Origin: Chiloscyllium plagiosum
Lineage: Eukaryota
Length of the DNA stretch: 48,446 nucleotides
Direction of reading: 5' to 3'
NCBI RefSeq assembly: GCF_004010195.1
Contig: NC_057750.1
Span: 9,381,938 to 9,430,383 of the forward strand
The translations under genes were made by a program, and so were the position numbers. Within the stretch, counting starts at the first letter, position 1. Each line of letters opens with the position of its first letter. Under the pieces are notes generated by a model, which worked only from the letters and a program-made list of their open reading frames with translations, did not search any database and was not told the origin of the DNA. Positions 36,650 to 48,446 of the stretch are shown here, piece by piece.

Positions 36650-37390
36650 CATAGAGTCATCCAGCACAGAAACAGACCCATCAATCCAACCAACATAGTC
36701 CCAAACTAAGCTAGCCTGCTCCTGGCCCATATCCCTCTAGTCCTTTCCTATTCATGTACTTATCCAAATGTCTTTTAAACATTGGAACTGTACCCGCATC
36801 CATCACTTCATCTGGAAGTTCATTTCACAAGTGAGCCACACTCTAAGTAAAAAATTTGCCCCAGTGTCTTTTTAAGTCTCTGTCTTCACCTTAAAAATAT
36901 GCCCCCAAATCTTGAAATCCCCCATCTGAGAGAAAAGGCACCTACCATTAATCCTATCTATATCCCTCATGATTTTATAAATCTCTTTAAAGGAGAAAGT
37001 GAGGTCTGCAGATGCTGGAGATCAGAGCTGAAAATGTGTTGCTGGAAAAGCGCAGCAGGTCAGGCAGCATCCAGGGAACAGGAGAATCGACGTTTCGGGC
37101 ATAAGCCCTTCTTCAAGCCATTCCTGAAGAAGGGCTTATGCCCGAAACGTCGATTCTCCTGTTCCCTGGATGCTGCCTGACCTGCTGCGCTTTTCCAGCA
37201 ACACATTTTCAGCCCTAAATCTCTCTAAAGCCATCCCTCAACCAGTGAAAAAAGTCCCAGTCTGTCCAGCCTTTCATTGTAACTCAAACCGTCCATACCC
37301 GGCAACATCCTGGTAAATCTCTTCTGAACCCTCTCCATCTTAATAATATCCTTCCCATAACAGGGCAACTAAAACTGGGCACAGTATGAG
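36650..37390 (-). mobile_element. CR1 LINE 3' fragment carrying a palindromic PLE insertion (36992-37215)
   Basis: The LINE resumes after the insert. The insert is a near-perfect inverted repeat centred at ~37120, flanked by TAAATCTCT(T/C)TAAAG. Confidence 0.85.
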
Positions 37391-37636
37391 GTCTCACTGA
37401 CATCCTGAAGAAGGGTCAGCGAACCTGAAATGTTGACTTTGATTTCTCTCCACAGGTGCTGCCAGACCTGCTGAGCTTTTCCAGCAGTTCAAACGGTTTT
37501 TACTCACCAGGGTCCTGTCAGGTCGACAACACGGGGAAATAGGTACCTTTTTTGATATTCTGCTTGGAATGGGAGCCCCACACATCTGCCTAATAGATGG
37601 AGGTACCTCAGAAAGCACTGTGTGTTCTGCAGTCCA

Positions 37637-37767
37637 ATTCCTGAAGAAGGGCTCATGCCCGAAACGTCGATTCACCTGCTCCCGGGATGCTGCCTGACCT
37701 GCTGCGCCTTTCCAGCACCACACTGTTCAACTCTGATCTCCAGGCATCTGCAGTCCTCACTTTCTCC
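37637..37767 (+). mobile_element. Single-arm PLE-derived terminal repeat
   Basis: CTGAAGAAGGGCTCATGCCCGAAACGTCGA...CTGCAGTCCTCACTTTCTCC. Confidence 0.8.
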
Positions 37768-37779
37768 TGGTCCAATAGG

Positions 37780-38400
37780 GGGGGCTCAGTGGTTCGCACT
37801 GCTGCCTCACAGCACCAGGGACCTGAGTTCAATTCCCGCCTCAGGCAACTATCCGTGTGGAGTTTGTACGTTCTCCCCGTGTCTGTGTGGGTTTCCTCCG
37901 GGTGCTCCGGTTTCCTCCCTCAATCCAAAGATGTGCAGGTCAGGGTGGATTGGCCATGCTAAATTACCCCATAGTGTCCAGGGATGTGCAGGTCAGGGTG
38001 GATTGGCCATGCTAAATTACCCCATAGTGTCCAGGGATGTGTAGGTTAGGGTGGATTGGCCGTGCTAAATTACCCCCTAGTGTTCAGGGATGTGCAGGTT
38101 AGGGTGTATTGGCCATGCTAAATTACCCCATAGTGTCCAGGGATGTGCGGGTTAGGGTGGATTGGCCATGCTAAATTACCCCACAGTGTCCAGGGATGTG
38201 CGGGTTAGGGTGGATTGGCCAGGCTAAATTACCCCATAGTGTGCAGGTTAGGGTGGATTGGCCATGCTAAATTACCCCATAGTGTCCAGAGATGTGCAGG
38301 TTAGGGTGGATTGGCCGTGCTAAGTTGCCCCCTTAGTGCTCAGGGATATGCAGGCTTGGTGGACTAGCCATGGGGAATATGCAGGATGAGGTGGGATGCT
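37780..38400 (+). mobile_element. HE1-like SINE with ~9 internal 53-bp tandem repeats
   Basis: ATTGGCC at 37949, 38002, 38055, 38108, 38161, 38214, 38257 and 38310, plus one degenerate copy. Confidence 0.88.
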
Positions 38401-38887
38401 CTTTGAATTGTCAATAAGGATAAAATTATCTTGGTAGTGGAAAATGAATAAAGATTTGTAGACCTGTTGTCTCACACCTGCACACACACAACATGGGCGC
38501 TGGGGAAAGTATAAGCAGTACTGTAGTTGGCAGTAGTGTGAGGGTTTTATTTTAAAAAAAAGGAGATTTGGAGTAAAAAAAGAAAAAAACTAATCCGGGG
38601 GAGAGGGGGAATAAAAGACTGAAGCATCACTGCCTGATGGAGGTAGCCGCAATACCTCTGAGCACCAGCAAGTGGTGCTGATGCGCTGTCAGAGACTCTC
38701 TTGGATGGCTTCAGCATGGAGCACAGAAAGAAATGCTTTACATTTCTGAAACATTTCCACAGCTCACACAACCAAGCAGCAAGTTCACAATTAGTGACAC
38801 TAGTTTATTTCTGCAATTTAATTTAACTTCTCACTGATTGATTTGTTTAGTGTCACGTGCACCGAAGTACAGTGAACAGCTTTGCTT

Positions 38888-39152
38888 AGGGTGGCACGGT
38901 GGCTCAGCGGTCAGCACTGCTGCCCCACAGCACCAGGGACCCAGGTTCGATTCCAGCCTCGGGCAACTGTCTGTGTGCAGTTTGCACGTTGTCTGCGTGG
39001 GTCTCCTCCTGCAGTTCAAAGATGTGCGGACCAGATGAATTGGCCATGCTAAATTGCCCGTGGTGTTTGGTGCATTAGTCAGAGGGAAATGGGTCTGGGT
39101 GCACTGGTTGGGTCGAAGGGCCTGTTTCCACACTGTAGGGAATCTAATCTAA
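38888..39152 (+). mobile_element. HE1-like SINE
   Basis: Head GGGTGGCACGGTGGCTCAGCGG, B box and AATCTAATCT tail. Confidence 0.87.
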
Positions 39153-39819
39153 CGAGCAGTATTGTAATGGAGTTAAATTAACATTTAATCAATTATAGAT
39201 TTTAAGGTTCTTCATTCTCAGTCCAGTCATATAATCAGGAAACCATCAGTTACATGGTTATTAGAAACTTCTTGATAAAATTATGTACTAAGTTTAAATA
39301 TTTATCCCTTAACCAACATCTTTTTAAAGATCAAAAGAGAAAATGCTGGAAAATCTCAGCAGGTCTGGCAGCATCTGGAAGGAGAGAAAAGAGCTGACGT
39401 TTGAGCCAACTGACCCTTTGTCAAAGCTAAAACAAAGGGGAGAAATAGGGAGGTATTTATATTTGGCTCCAAACTTTTCCTGTTTCTTGCAGATGTTAAG
39501 GAACGCAAGCTTCAGCTTCTCACCCACACACCTGCCCACCCTCCACCTGCCAACAGTCCCAATCCCTCGAACCCCATTTCTTCCAGCCCCAGCCCTTGCC
39601 GTGTGTTCACCATACCCTCTGACCTTCCCCTCTCTGAGGCTGAGCGTGCTGTGCTCAGCAAAGGACTCAGCTTTGTACCCTTACGTCCCCACCTCAATGA
39701 ATTCCGGGCTCGACATGATGCTGAGCTCTTCTTCCATCGTCTTCCCCTTCGTGCTCACTTCTTCGGGGCAAGAATCCTCCCCCCTGCTCCACAGATCCTT
39801 TCACATCCCTCCCACATTC

Positions 39820-42800
39820 CACCTAACACCTCTCCATCACACCTAACACCTCTCCCATCACACCTAACACCTCTCCATCACACCTAACACCTCTCCATCA
39901 CACCTAACACCTTCTCCATCACACCTAACACCTCTCCCATCACACCTAACACCTCTCCATCACACCTAACACCTCTCCCATCACACCTAACACCTCTCCA
40001 TCACACCTAACACCTCTCCCATCACACCTAACACCTCTCCATCACACCTAACACCTCTCCCATCACACCTAACACCTCTCCATCACACCTAACACCTCTC
40101 CCATCACACCTAACACCTCTCCATCACACCTAACACCTCTCCCATCACACCTAACACCTCTCCATCACACCTAACACCTCTCCCATCACACCTAACACCT
40201 CTCCATCACACCTAACACCTCTCCCATCACACCTAACACCTCTCCATCACACCTAACACCTCTCCCATCACACCTAACACCTCTCCATCACACCTAACAC
40301 CTCTCCCATCACACCTAACACCTCTCCATCACACCTAACACCTCTCCCATCACACCTAACACCTCTCCATCACACCTAACACCTCTCCCATCACACCTAA
40401 CACCTCTCCATCACACCTAACACCTCTCCCATCACACCTAACACCTCTCCATCACACCTAACACCTCTCCCATCACACCTAACACCTCTCCATCACACCT
40501 AACACCTCTCCCATCACACCTAACACCTCTCCATCACACCTAACACCTCTCCCATCACACCTAACACCTCTCCATCACACCTAACACCTCTCCCATCACA
40601 CCTAACACCTCTCCATCACACCTAACACCTCTCCCATCACACCTAACACCTCTCCATCACACCTAACACCTCTCCCATCACACCTAACACCTCTCCATCA
40701 CACCTAACACCTCTCCCATCACACCTAACACCTCTCCATCACACCTAACACCTCTCCCATCACACCTAACACCTCTCCATCACACCTAACACCTCTCCCA
40801 TCACACCTAACACCTCTCCATCACACCTAACACCTCTCCCATCACACCTAACACCTCTCCATCACACCTAACACCTCTCCCATCACACCTAACACCTCTC
40901 CATCACACCTAACACCTCTCCCATCACACCTAACACCTCTCCATCACACCTAACACCTCTCCCATCACACCTAACACCTCTCCATCACACCTAACACCTC
41001 TCCCATCACACCTAACACCTCTCCATCACACCTAACACCTCTCCCATCACACCTAACACCTCTCCATCACACCTAACACCTCTCCCATCACACCTAACAC
41101 CTCTCCATCACACCTAACACCTCTCCCATCACACCTAACACCTCTCCATCACACCTAACACCTCTCCCATCACACCTAACACCTCTCCATCACACCTAAC
41201 ACCTCTCCCATCACACCTAACACCTCTCCATCACACCTAACACCTCTCCCATCACACCTAACACCTCTCCATCACACCTAACACCTCTCCCATCACACCT
41301 AACACCTCTCCATCACACCTAACACCTCTCCCATCACACCTAACACCTCTCCATCACACCTAACACCTCTCCCATCACACCTAACACCTCTCCATCACAC
41401 CTAACACCTCTCCCATCACACCTAACACCTCTCCATCACACCTAACACCTCTCCCATCACACCTAACACCTCTCCATCACACCTAACACCTCTCCCATCA
41501 CACCTAACACCTCTCCATCACACCTAACACCTCTCCCATCACACCTAACACCTCTCCATCACACCTAACACCTCTCCCATCACACCTAACACCTCTCCAT
41601 CACACCTAACACCTCTCCCATCACACCTAACACCTCTCCATCACACCTAACACCTCTCCCATCACACCTAACACCTCTCCATCACACCTAACACCTCTCC
41701 CATCACACCTAACACCTCTCCATCACACCTAACACCTCTCCCATCACACCTAACACCTCTCCATCACACCTAACACCTCTCCCATCACACCTAACACCTC
41801 TCCATCACACCTAACACCTCTCCCATCACACCTAACACCTCTCCATCACACCTAACACCTCTCCCATCACACCTAACACCTCTCCATCACACCTAACACC
41901 TCTCCCATCACACCTAACACCTCTCCATCACACCTAACACCTCTCCCATCACACCTAACACCTCTCCATCACACCTAACACCTCTCCCATCACACCTAAC
42001 ACCTCTCCATCACACCTAACACCTCTCCCATCACACCTAACACCTCTCCATCACACCTAACACCTCTCCCATCACACCTAACACCTCTCCATCACACCTA
42101 ACACCTCTCCCATCACACCTAACACCTCTCCATCACACCTAACACCTCTCCCATCACACCTAACACCTCTCCATCACACCTAACACCTCTCCCATCACAC
42201 CTAACACCTCTCCATCACACCTAACACCTCTCCCATCACACCTAACACCTCTCCATCACACCTAACACCTCTCCCATCACACCTAACACCTCTCCATCAC
42301 ACCTAACACCTCTCCCATCACACCTAACACCTCTCCATCACACCTAACACCTCTCCCATCACACCTAACACCTCTCCATCACACCTAACACCTCTCCCAT
42401 CACACCTAACACCTCTCCATCACACCTAACACCTCTCCCATCACACCTAACACCTCTCCATCACACCTAACACCTCTCCCATCACACCTAACACCTCTCC
42501 ATCACACCTAACACCTCTCCCATCACACCTAACACCTCTCCATCACACCTAACACCTCTCCCATCACACCTAACACCTCTCCATCACACCTAACACCTCT
42601 CCCATCACACCTAACACCTCTCCATCACACCTAACACCTCTCCCATCACACCTAACACCTCTCCATCACACCTAACACCTCTCCCATCACACCTAACACC
42701 TCTCCATCACACCTAACACCTCTCCCATCACACCTAACACCTCTCCATCACACCTAACACCTCTCCCATCACACCTAACACCTCTCCATCACACCTAACA

Positions 42801-44075
42801 CCTCTCCCATCACACCTAACACCTCTCCATCACACCTAACACCTCTCCCATCACACCTAACACCTCTCCATCACACCTAACACCTCTCCCATCACACCTA
42901 ACACCTCTCCATCACACCTAACACCTCTCCCATCACACCTAACACCTCTCCATCACACCTAACACCTCTCCCATCACACCTAACACCTCTCCATCACACC
43001 TAACACCTCTCCCATCACACCTAACACCTCTCCATCACACCTAACACCTCTCCCATCACACCTAACACCTCTCCATCACACCTAACACCTCTCCCATCAC
43101 ACCTAACACCTCTCCATCACACCTAACACCTCTCCCATCACACCTAACACCTCTCCATCACACCTAACACCTCTCCCATCACACCTAACACCTCTCCATC
43201 ACACCTAACACCTCTCCCATCACACCTAACACCTCTCCATCACACCTAACACCTCTCCCATCACACCTAACACCTCTCCATCACACCTAACACCTCTCCC
43301 ATCACACCTAACACCTCTCCATCACACCTAACACCTCTCCCATCACACCTAACACCTCTCCATCACACCTAACACCTCTCCCATCACACCTAACACCTCT
43401 CCATCACACCTAACACCTCTCCCATCACACCTAACACCTCTCCATCACACCTAACACCTCTCCCATCACACCTAACACCTCTCCATCACACCTAACACCT
43501 CTCCCATCACACCTAACACCTCTCCATCACACCTAACACCTCTCCCATCACACCTAACACCTCTCCATCACACCTAACACCTCTCCCATCACACCTAACA
43601 CCTCTCCATCACACCTAACACCTCTCCCATCACACCTAACACCTCTCCATCACACCTAACACCTCTCCCATCACACCTAACACCTCTCCATCACACCTAA
43701 CACCTCTCCCATCACACCTAACACCTCTCCATCACACCTAACACCTCTCCCATCACACCTAACACCTCTCCATCACACCTAACACCTCTCCCATCACACC
43801 TAACACCTCTCCATCACACCTAACACCTCTCCCATCACACCTAACACCTCTCCATCACACCTAACACCTCTCCCATCACACCTAACACCTCTCCATCACA
43901 CCTAACACCTCTCATCACACACGGCACCTTCCTATCACACTTAACACCTCTCCCATCACACACGGCACCTTCCCATCACACCTAACACCTTTCCCATCAC
44001 TCACGGCACCTTCCCATCACACCTAACACCTCTCCATCACACCTAACACCTCTCCCATCACACACGGCACCTTCC
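39820..44075. repeat. Satellite of alternating 20/21-bp units (CATCACACCTAACACCTCTC[C]), ~100 41-bp dimers
   Basis: Near-invariant alternation of CTCC and CTCCC units from ~39910 to ~43900; degenerate at both ends. Confidence 0.97.
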
Positions 44076-44477
44076 CATGCAATTGCAGAAAGTGCAACAC
44101 CTGCCCCTTTACCTCTTCCATGCCCACCATCCAAGGCCCCAAACACCCATTTCAGATTAAGCAGCTTCACTTGTACCTCTTTCAATTTGGTCTATTGCAG
44201 TTGTTGCTCCCAATGTGGTCTCCTCTATATCGGAGAGACAAAACGCCGACTGGGTGATTTCTTTGCTGAGCACCTTCGGTCTGTACGCAATCAGGTCCCG
44301 GACCTTCCCGTGGCTTGCCGCTTCACCACCCAATCCTGCTCCCATGTCCACATGTCTGTCCTTGGCCTGCTGCAATGTTCCAGTGAAGCTCAACGCAAAC
44401 TGGAGGAACAGCATCTCATCTCCCGACTCGGCACGTTACAGCCTGCCGGTTTCAACATTGAATTCAACTTCAGATGA
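44060..44477 (+). pseudogene. Frameshifted PLE zinc-knuckle plus GIY-YIG endonuclease domain
   Basis: HGTFPCNCRKCNTC...FTCTSFNLVYCSCCSQCGLLYIGETKRRLGDFFAEH...RKLEEQHLISRLGTLQPAGFN. Confidence 0.85.
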
Positions 44478-45074
44478 CTATCCCATCTCGACCCCTCTGT
44501 TTTCATTCTGCTCCGTAATTTTATTTTATTTACCTTTTTTATACATTTTTTTCACCGTTCTGTACCTCTTATTTCTCGATTGTCTCTCTTTCTCTCGCTC
44601 CCCACTCTCTCATCACCTTTTTCCTCTCCTCTTCCCCCTTTGCTACCCTTCTCCCCTGTTTTCCATTTTGCCTCTGCTTCACCCATCCCCCACATATTTT
44701 GTCACATCGCACTGGCTTCAGCCTTGGTCACTCACAGCTCCTAATCTCCCTATAATCTCTCTCTGCACTGTCATTATCACCTCTCTATTGCTACCTTTGC
44801 CTCTGGAGCCACGACTCACCTTCTCTCAGCCTGGTATAAACACCTCCCTATTTCTCCCTTTTTTTAGCTTTGACAAAGGGTCAGTTAGACTCGAAATGTC
44901 AGCTCTTTTCTCTCCTTCCAGATGCTGCCAGACCTGCTGAGATTTTCCAGCATTTTCTCTTTTGGTTTCAGATTCCAGCATCCGCAGTAAATTGCTTTTA
45001 TCTTTTTAAAGATCTCTTTAACTCATTTCCTCAGAGATGGTCACTGGTCAATGAATTGAGTTTCAGAGTTGCGA

Positions 45075-45897
45075 GGTTATGTTGCGGCTATACAGGACAT
45101 TGGTTAGGCCACTGTTGGAATACTATGTTCAATTCTGGCCTCCCTGCTATAGGAAGGATGTTGTGAAACTTGAAAGGGTTCAGAAAAGATTTAACAAGGA
45201 TGTTGCCAGGGTTGGAGGATTTGAGCTACAGGGAGAGGCTGAACAGGCTGGGGCTGTTTTCCCTGGAGCGTCGGAGGCTGAGGGGGTTACCTTATCGAGA
45301 TTTATAACATCACGCGGTTCTGATGATTTGGAGATGCTGGTGTTGGACTGGGGTGGACAAAGTTAAAAATCACACAATATCAGGTTTTAGTCCAACAGGT
45401 TTATTTGGAAGCACCAGCTTTCGGAGTTTTCACAACCACCTGATGAAGGGACAGCGCTCCGAAAGCTAGTGCTTCCCAATAAACCTGTTGGACTATAACC
45501 TGGTGTTGTGTGATGTTTAACTTAAAATCATGAGGGGCATGGATAGGGTAAATAGACAAGATCTTTTCCCCGGGATGACGGAATCCAAAACTAGACAGCA
45601 TAAGTTTAAGGTGAGAGGGGAAAGATCTTGTCTATGAGGAAAGAGAGGGGTCCTGAGGGGCAACGTTTTCACGCAGAGGGTGGTACGTGTATGGAATGAG
45701 CTGCCAGAGGAAGTGGCGGGGGCTGGTACAATTATAACATTTAAGAGGCATTTGGATGGGTATATGAATAGGAAGGGTTTAGGGGGATATGGGCTGGGTG
45801 CTGGCAGGTGGGACTAGATTGGGTTGGGATAGCTGGTCGGCATGGACGGGTTGGACCAAAGGGTCTGTTTCCATCCTGTACAGCTCTATGACTCTGT
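45075..45897 (+). mobile_element. HER1/CR1 LINE 3' fragment interrupted by a palindromic PLE element (45325-45522)
   Basis: MLRLYRTLVRPLLEYYVQFWPP; the LINE resumes at AAAATCATGAGGGG (~45524). Insert arms are TAGTCCAACAGGTTTATT and AATAAACCTGTTGGACTA. Confidence 0.87.
45437..45471 (+). ncRNA. Putative minimal type I hammerhead ribozyme motif (PLE type)
   Basis: CAC-CTGATGA-A-GGGAC.AGC.GCTCC-GAAA-GC-TA-GTG: complete core, helix I CAC/GTG, palindromic helix III AGCT, one mismatch in helix II. Activity is untested. Confidence 0.6.
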
Positions 45898-46541
45898 GTG
45901 GTGCTCCTGGGATAGGGGATGAGGTCCCAGAACAGTGGTTGATGGAATTTAAAATCATTTTTAAATCATTTGAAAAATAAATGTTGAATTGAGAGCCAGT
46001 CTCAGTGGTGAAAAACTTATCAATTGGGGTAAAACCTTACCTGGTTCTCTAAGGCTCTTTCGGGAAGGGAATCTGCCAACCTAACCAGGGGTCTGGCCTA
46101 CACGTAACTCCAGACCCACAGCGACCTGGTTGACTTGTAATTGCCCCTCTGGAATGACTGAGCAGGCCTCTCAGTTTAAGGGCAATTAGGGACGCTGTAG
46201 GCCTTTCCACTGACATCCAGTGAGCGAAAAACGACAAAATTACAACGTAGCTGCCTGTGGGATCTTGCTGTGCTGAAACCTAAGAGCAAGTCATGGCCCC
46301 CTCCTCCTTAAGTCCCGATTCCATATGTTACAACAGTGGGTTCATGTCACTGACTTTAAAGTGTTTGTGTGACCTTGAAAGGCACTACATAAATGCGATT
46401 ATCTGGGTGAAACATTCTGGTGGTAGACTTCCTATCAGTAGTTGTTAATATTAGCTCACTCTGTCTCTCCATGTAGCTGCCTGACTTACTGTGATTCCCC
46501 GCATTTCTTTTCAGTTCATAATTTTACCCCACCTCATCCTT

Positions 46542-47078
46542 GGGCAGCACGGTGGCTCAGTGGTTAGCACTGCTGCCTCACAGCGCCAGGGAGCCGGGTT
46601 CGATCCCACCCTCGGGCGACTGACTGTGTGGAGTTTGCACATTCTCCCCGTGTCTGCGTGGGTTTCCTCCCACAGTCACAAAGATGTGCAGGTCAGGGTG
46701 GATTGGCCATGCTACAGTTGCCCATAGTGTTAGGTGGGCTAATCAGGGGTAAATGTAGGGGGGGGGTGGGTTACTCTTCGGAGGGTCGGTGTGGACTTGT
46801 TGGGCCGAAGGGCCTGTTTCTGCACGGTAGGTAATCCAATCTAACCTAATCATCCCTGTGACCCTGCGCACTCCCAATGGCTAACCTACCAAGCCTGCAC
46901 ATCCCTGGGGAATTCAGCATGGTCAATCCACCCTAAACTGCATATGTTTGGACTGTGGGAGGAAACCCACACAGACACGGGGAGAATGTGCTAACTCTAC
47001 ACAGACAGTCGCCTGAGGCTGGAATCGAACCCGTGTCCCTGGTGATGTGAGGCAGCAGTGCTAACCACTGAACCACCC
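46542..47078. mobile_element. Two HE1-like SINEs tail to tail (plus 46542-46850, minus 46855-47078)
   Basis: Heads at both outer ends with opposite orientation. Confidence 0.85.
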
Positions 47079-47096
47079 CATAAAAAGCTTGCTGTA

Positions 47097-47310
47097 CAGG
47101 TATCTCCTGCTATCCGAAAGTAGATCGTTCCTATGAAACCCTTCTGTAAGATGAAATTGTGTAAAGCAAACAAGCATTCATTTGTATGAGGAAAGTTTAA
47201 AGCAAAATCCTCTTCAGATTTCTGTTCATTAGTGAAAGAAAGTACAAATGTCAGTCTGTCGTAAAAGTGAAATGGCGTAAAATGAACTTTCAAAAAGAGG
47301 GGGATACCGG
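47097..47310. mobile_element. Tigger/pogo-like MITE
   Basis: Imperfect TIRs TA|CAGGTATCTCCT ... AGGGGGATACCGG|TA with TA flanks. Confidence 0.6.
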
Positions 47311-47339
47311 TATACTGATAACAAGAGGGTTTGATTTGA

Positions 47340-47460
47340 TGAAGTTAAAAATCAGACAACACCAGGTTATCGTCTATGTTTGGAAGGACAATGCTCCGAA
47401 AGCTAGTGCTTCCAAATAAACTGTTGGACTATAACCTGGTGTTGTGTGATTTTTAACTTT
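47340..47460. mobile_element. Short palindromic PLE-derived element (second family)
   Basis: Arms AAGTTAAAAATCAGACAACACCAGGTTAT and ATAACCTGGTGTTGTGTGATTTTTAACTT; flanks contain TTTGATTTGATGA. Confidence 0.7.
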
Positions 47461-47750
47461 GATTTGATGAGTTATTGTCACATGTACTGAAATACAGTGA
47501 GAAGTTTTGTTTTGCGTGTTTTTTTCAGAAATATCATGTTATGCTTTCGATCCAGTTGGAGGGAGAAAGCAGCTCAGGAGCAACACCTCACTCCCTGACC
47601 CCCCCCCCCTTAGCCCAGTGCCTGACATTTGACCTTCTGTGTTACCATCGTGCGAAGGCCCTCAGGAAGGTTAACTCGCTCTCTCTCACTTCAAAGGGCC
47701 GGCAGTCACCAATATTCATTCAGTCATTACTGAACGACAGCAGAAAATAG

Positions 47751-48446
47751 AACACACACACAGAGACAGAGACACACACACAGACACACACACAGACACA
47801 CACACACACAGACACAGACACAGAGACACAGACACACACACAGACACACACACAGACACACACACAGACACACACACAGACACACACACAGACACACACA
47901 CAGACACACACACAGACACACACACAGACACACACACAGACACACACACAGACACACACACAGACACACACACAGACACACACACAGACACACACACAGA
48001 CACACACACAGACACACACACAGACACACACACAGACACACACACAGACACACACACAGACACACACACAGACACACACACAGACACACACACAGACACA
48101 CACACAGACACACACACAGACACACACACAGACACACACACAGACACACACACAGACACACACACAGACACACACACAGACACACACACAGACACACACA
48201 CAGACACACACACAGACACACACACAGACACACACACAGACACACACACAGACACACACACAGACACACACACAGACACACACACACACAGACACAGACA
48301 CAGAGACAGAGACACACACACAGACACACACACACACAGAGACACAGACACACACACACACACACAAAGACACGGATGCACACATACTCACAGAGACACA
48401 CACACACACACACACACATAGAGACACACACACACATACTCACAGA
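47751..48446. repeat. (CACACACAGA)n / CA-rich satellite
   Basis: Perfect 10-bp period over most of its length. Confidence 0.97.

Larger units (their letters stand above)
39333..44999 (+). mobile_element. Penelope-like retroelement with inverted terminal repeat, RT domain missing
   Basis: 39332-39460 is the reverse complement of 44835-44964. N-terminal ORF piece VFTIPSDLPLSEAERAVLSKGLSFVP...FFHRLPLRAHFF and a GIY-YIG piece at 44060-44477. ATCTTTTTAAAGATC occurs at 39318 and 45000. Confidence 0.88.

Noticed and set aside
44215..44940. 241-aa hydrophobic ORF
   Set aside because: Off-frame read of the GIY-YIG region plus the pyrimidine-rich PLE 3' UTR.
46542..46615. tRNA-like sequences here and at other SINE heads
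   Set aside because: They continue into V-SINE body and LINE-derived tail, so they are SINE heads rather than tRNA genes.
47716..48443. Cys/Val-rich ORFs
   Set aside because: Translation of the CA-rich satellite.

Overview
Eukaryotic DNA, most likely from a shark or other elasmobranch, judging by abundant HE1-type tRNA-derived SINEs, HER1/CR1 LINE 3' fragments and Penelope-like (PLE) remnants. It carries one clear protein gene: an intronless IRF2BP-family gene, best matching IRF2BP1 (minus strand, 26131-27705), with a probable ~2 kb TE-free 3' UTR. About 90 bp upstream of its ATG begins a 3.8 kb tandem array of ~80 ZNF143/THAP11-type (ACTACAnnTCCCAG) motifs alternating with metal-response-element consensus matches (TGCRCNCGGCCC). 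The array is built from a 26-bp monomer that diverged into a 52-bp dimer, and it is the best candidate for something undescribed. Other notable items: a diverged 59-bp copy of the gene's own CDS in its 3' UTR; a 5.7 kb Penelope element whose RT domain is replaced by a 4.2 kb 20/21-bp satellite; a 69-bp tandem array of hammerhead-like units; and many short PLE hairpins with minimal hammerhead cores and 12-16 bp flanking duplications. There is a 500-N gap at 19700-20199. Repeat-family names come from recall of consensus sequences, and their boundaries are approximate.
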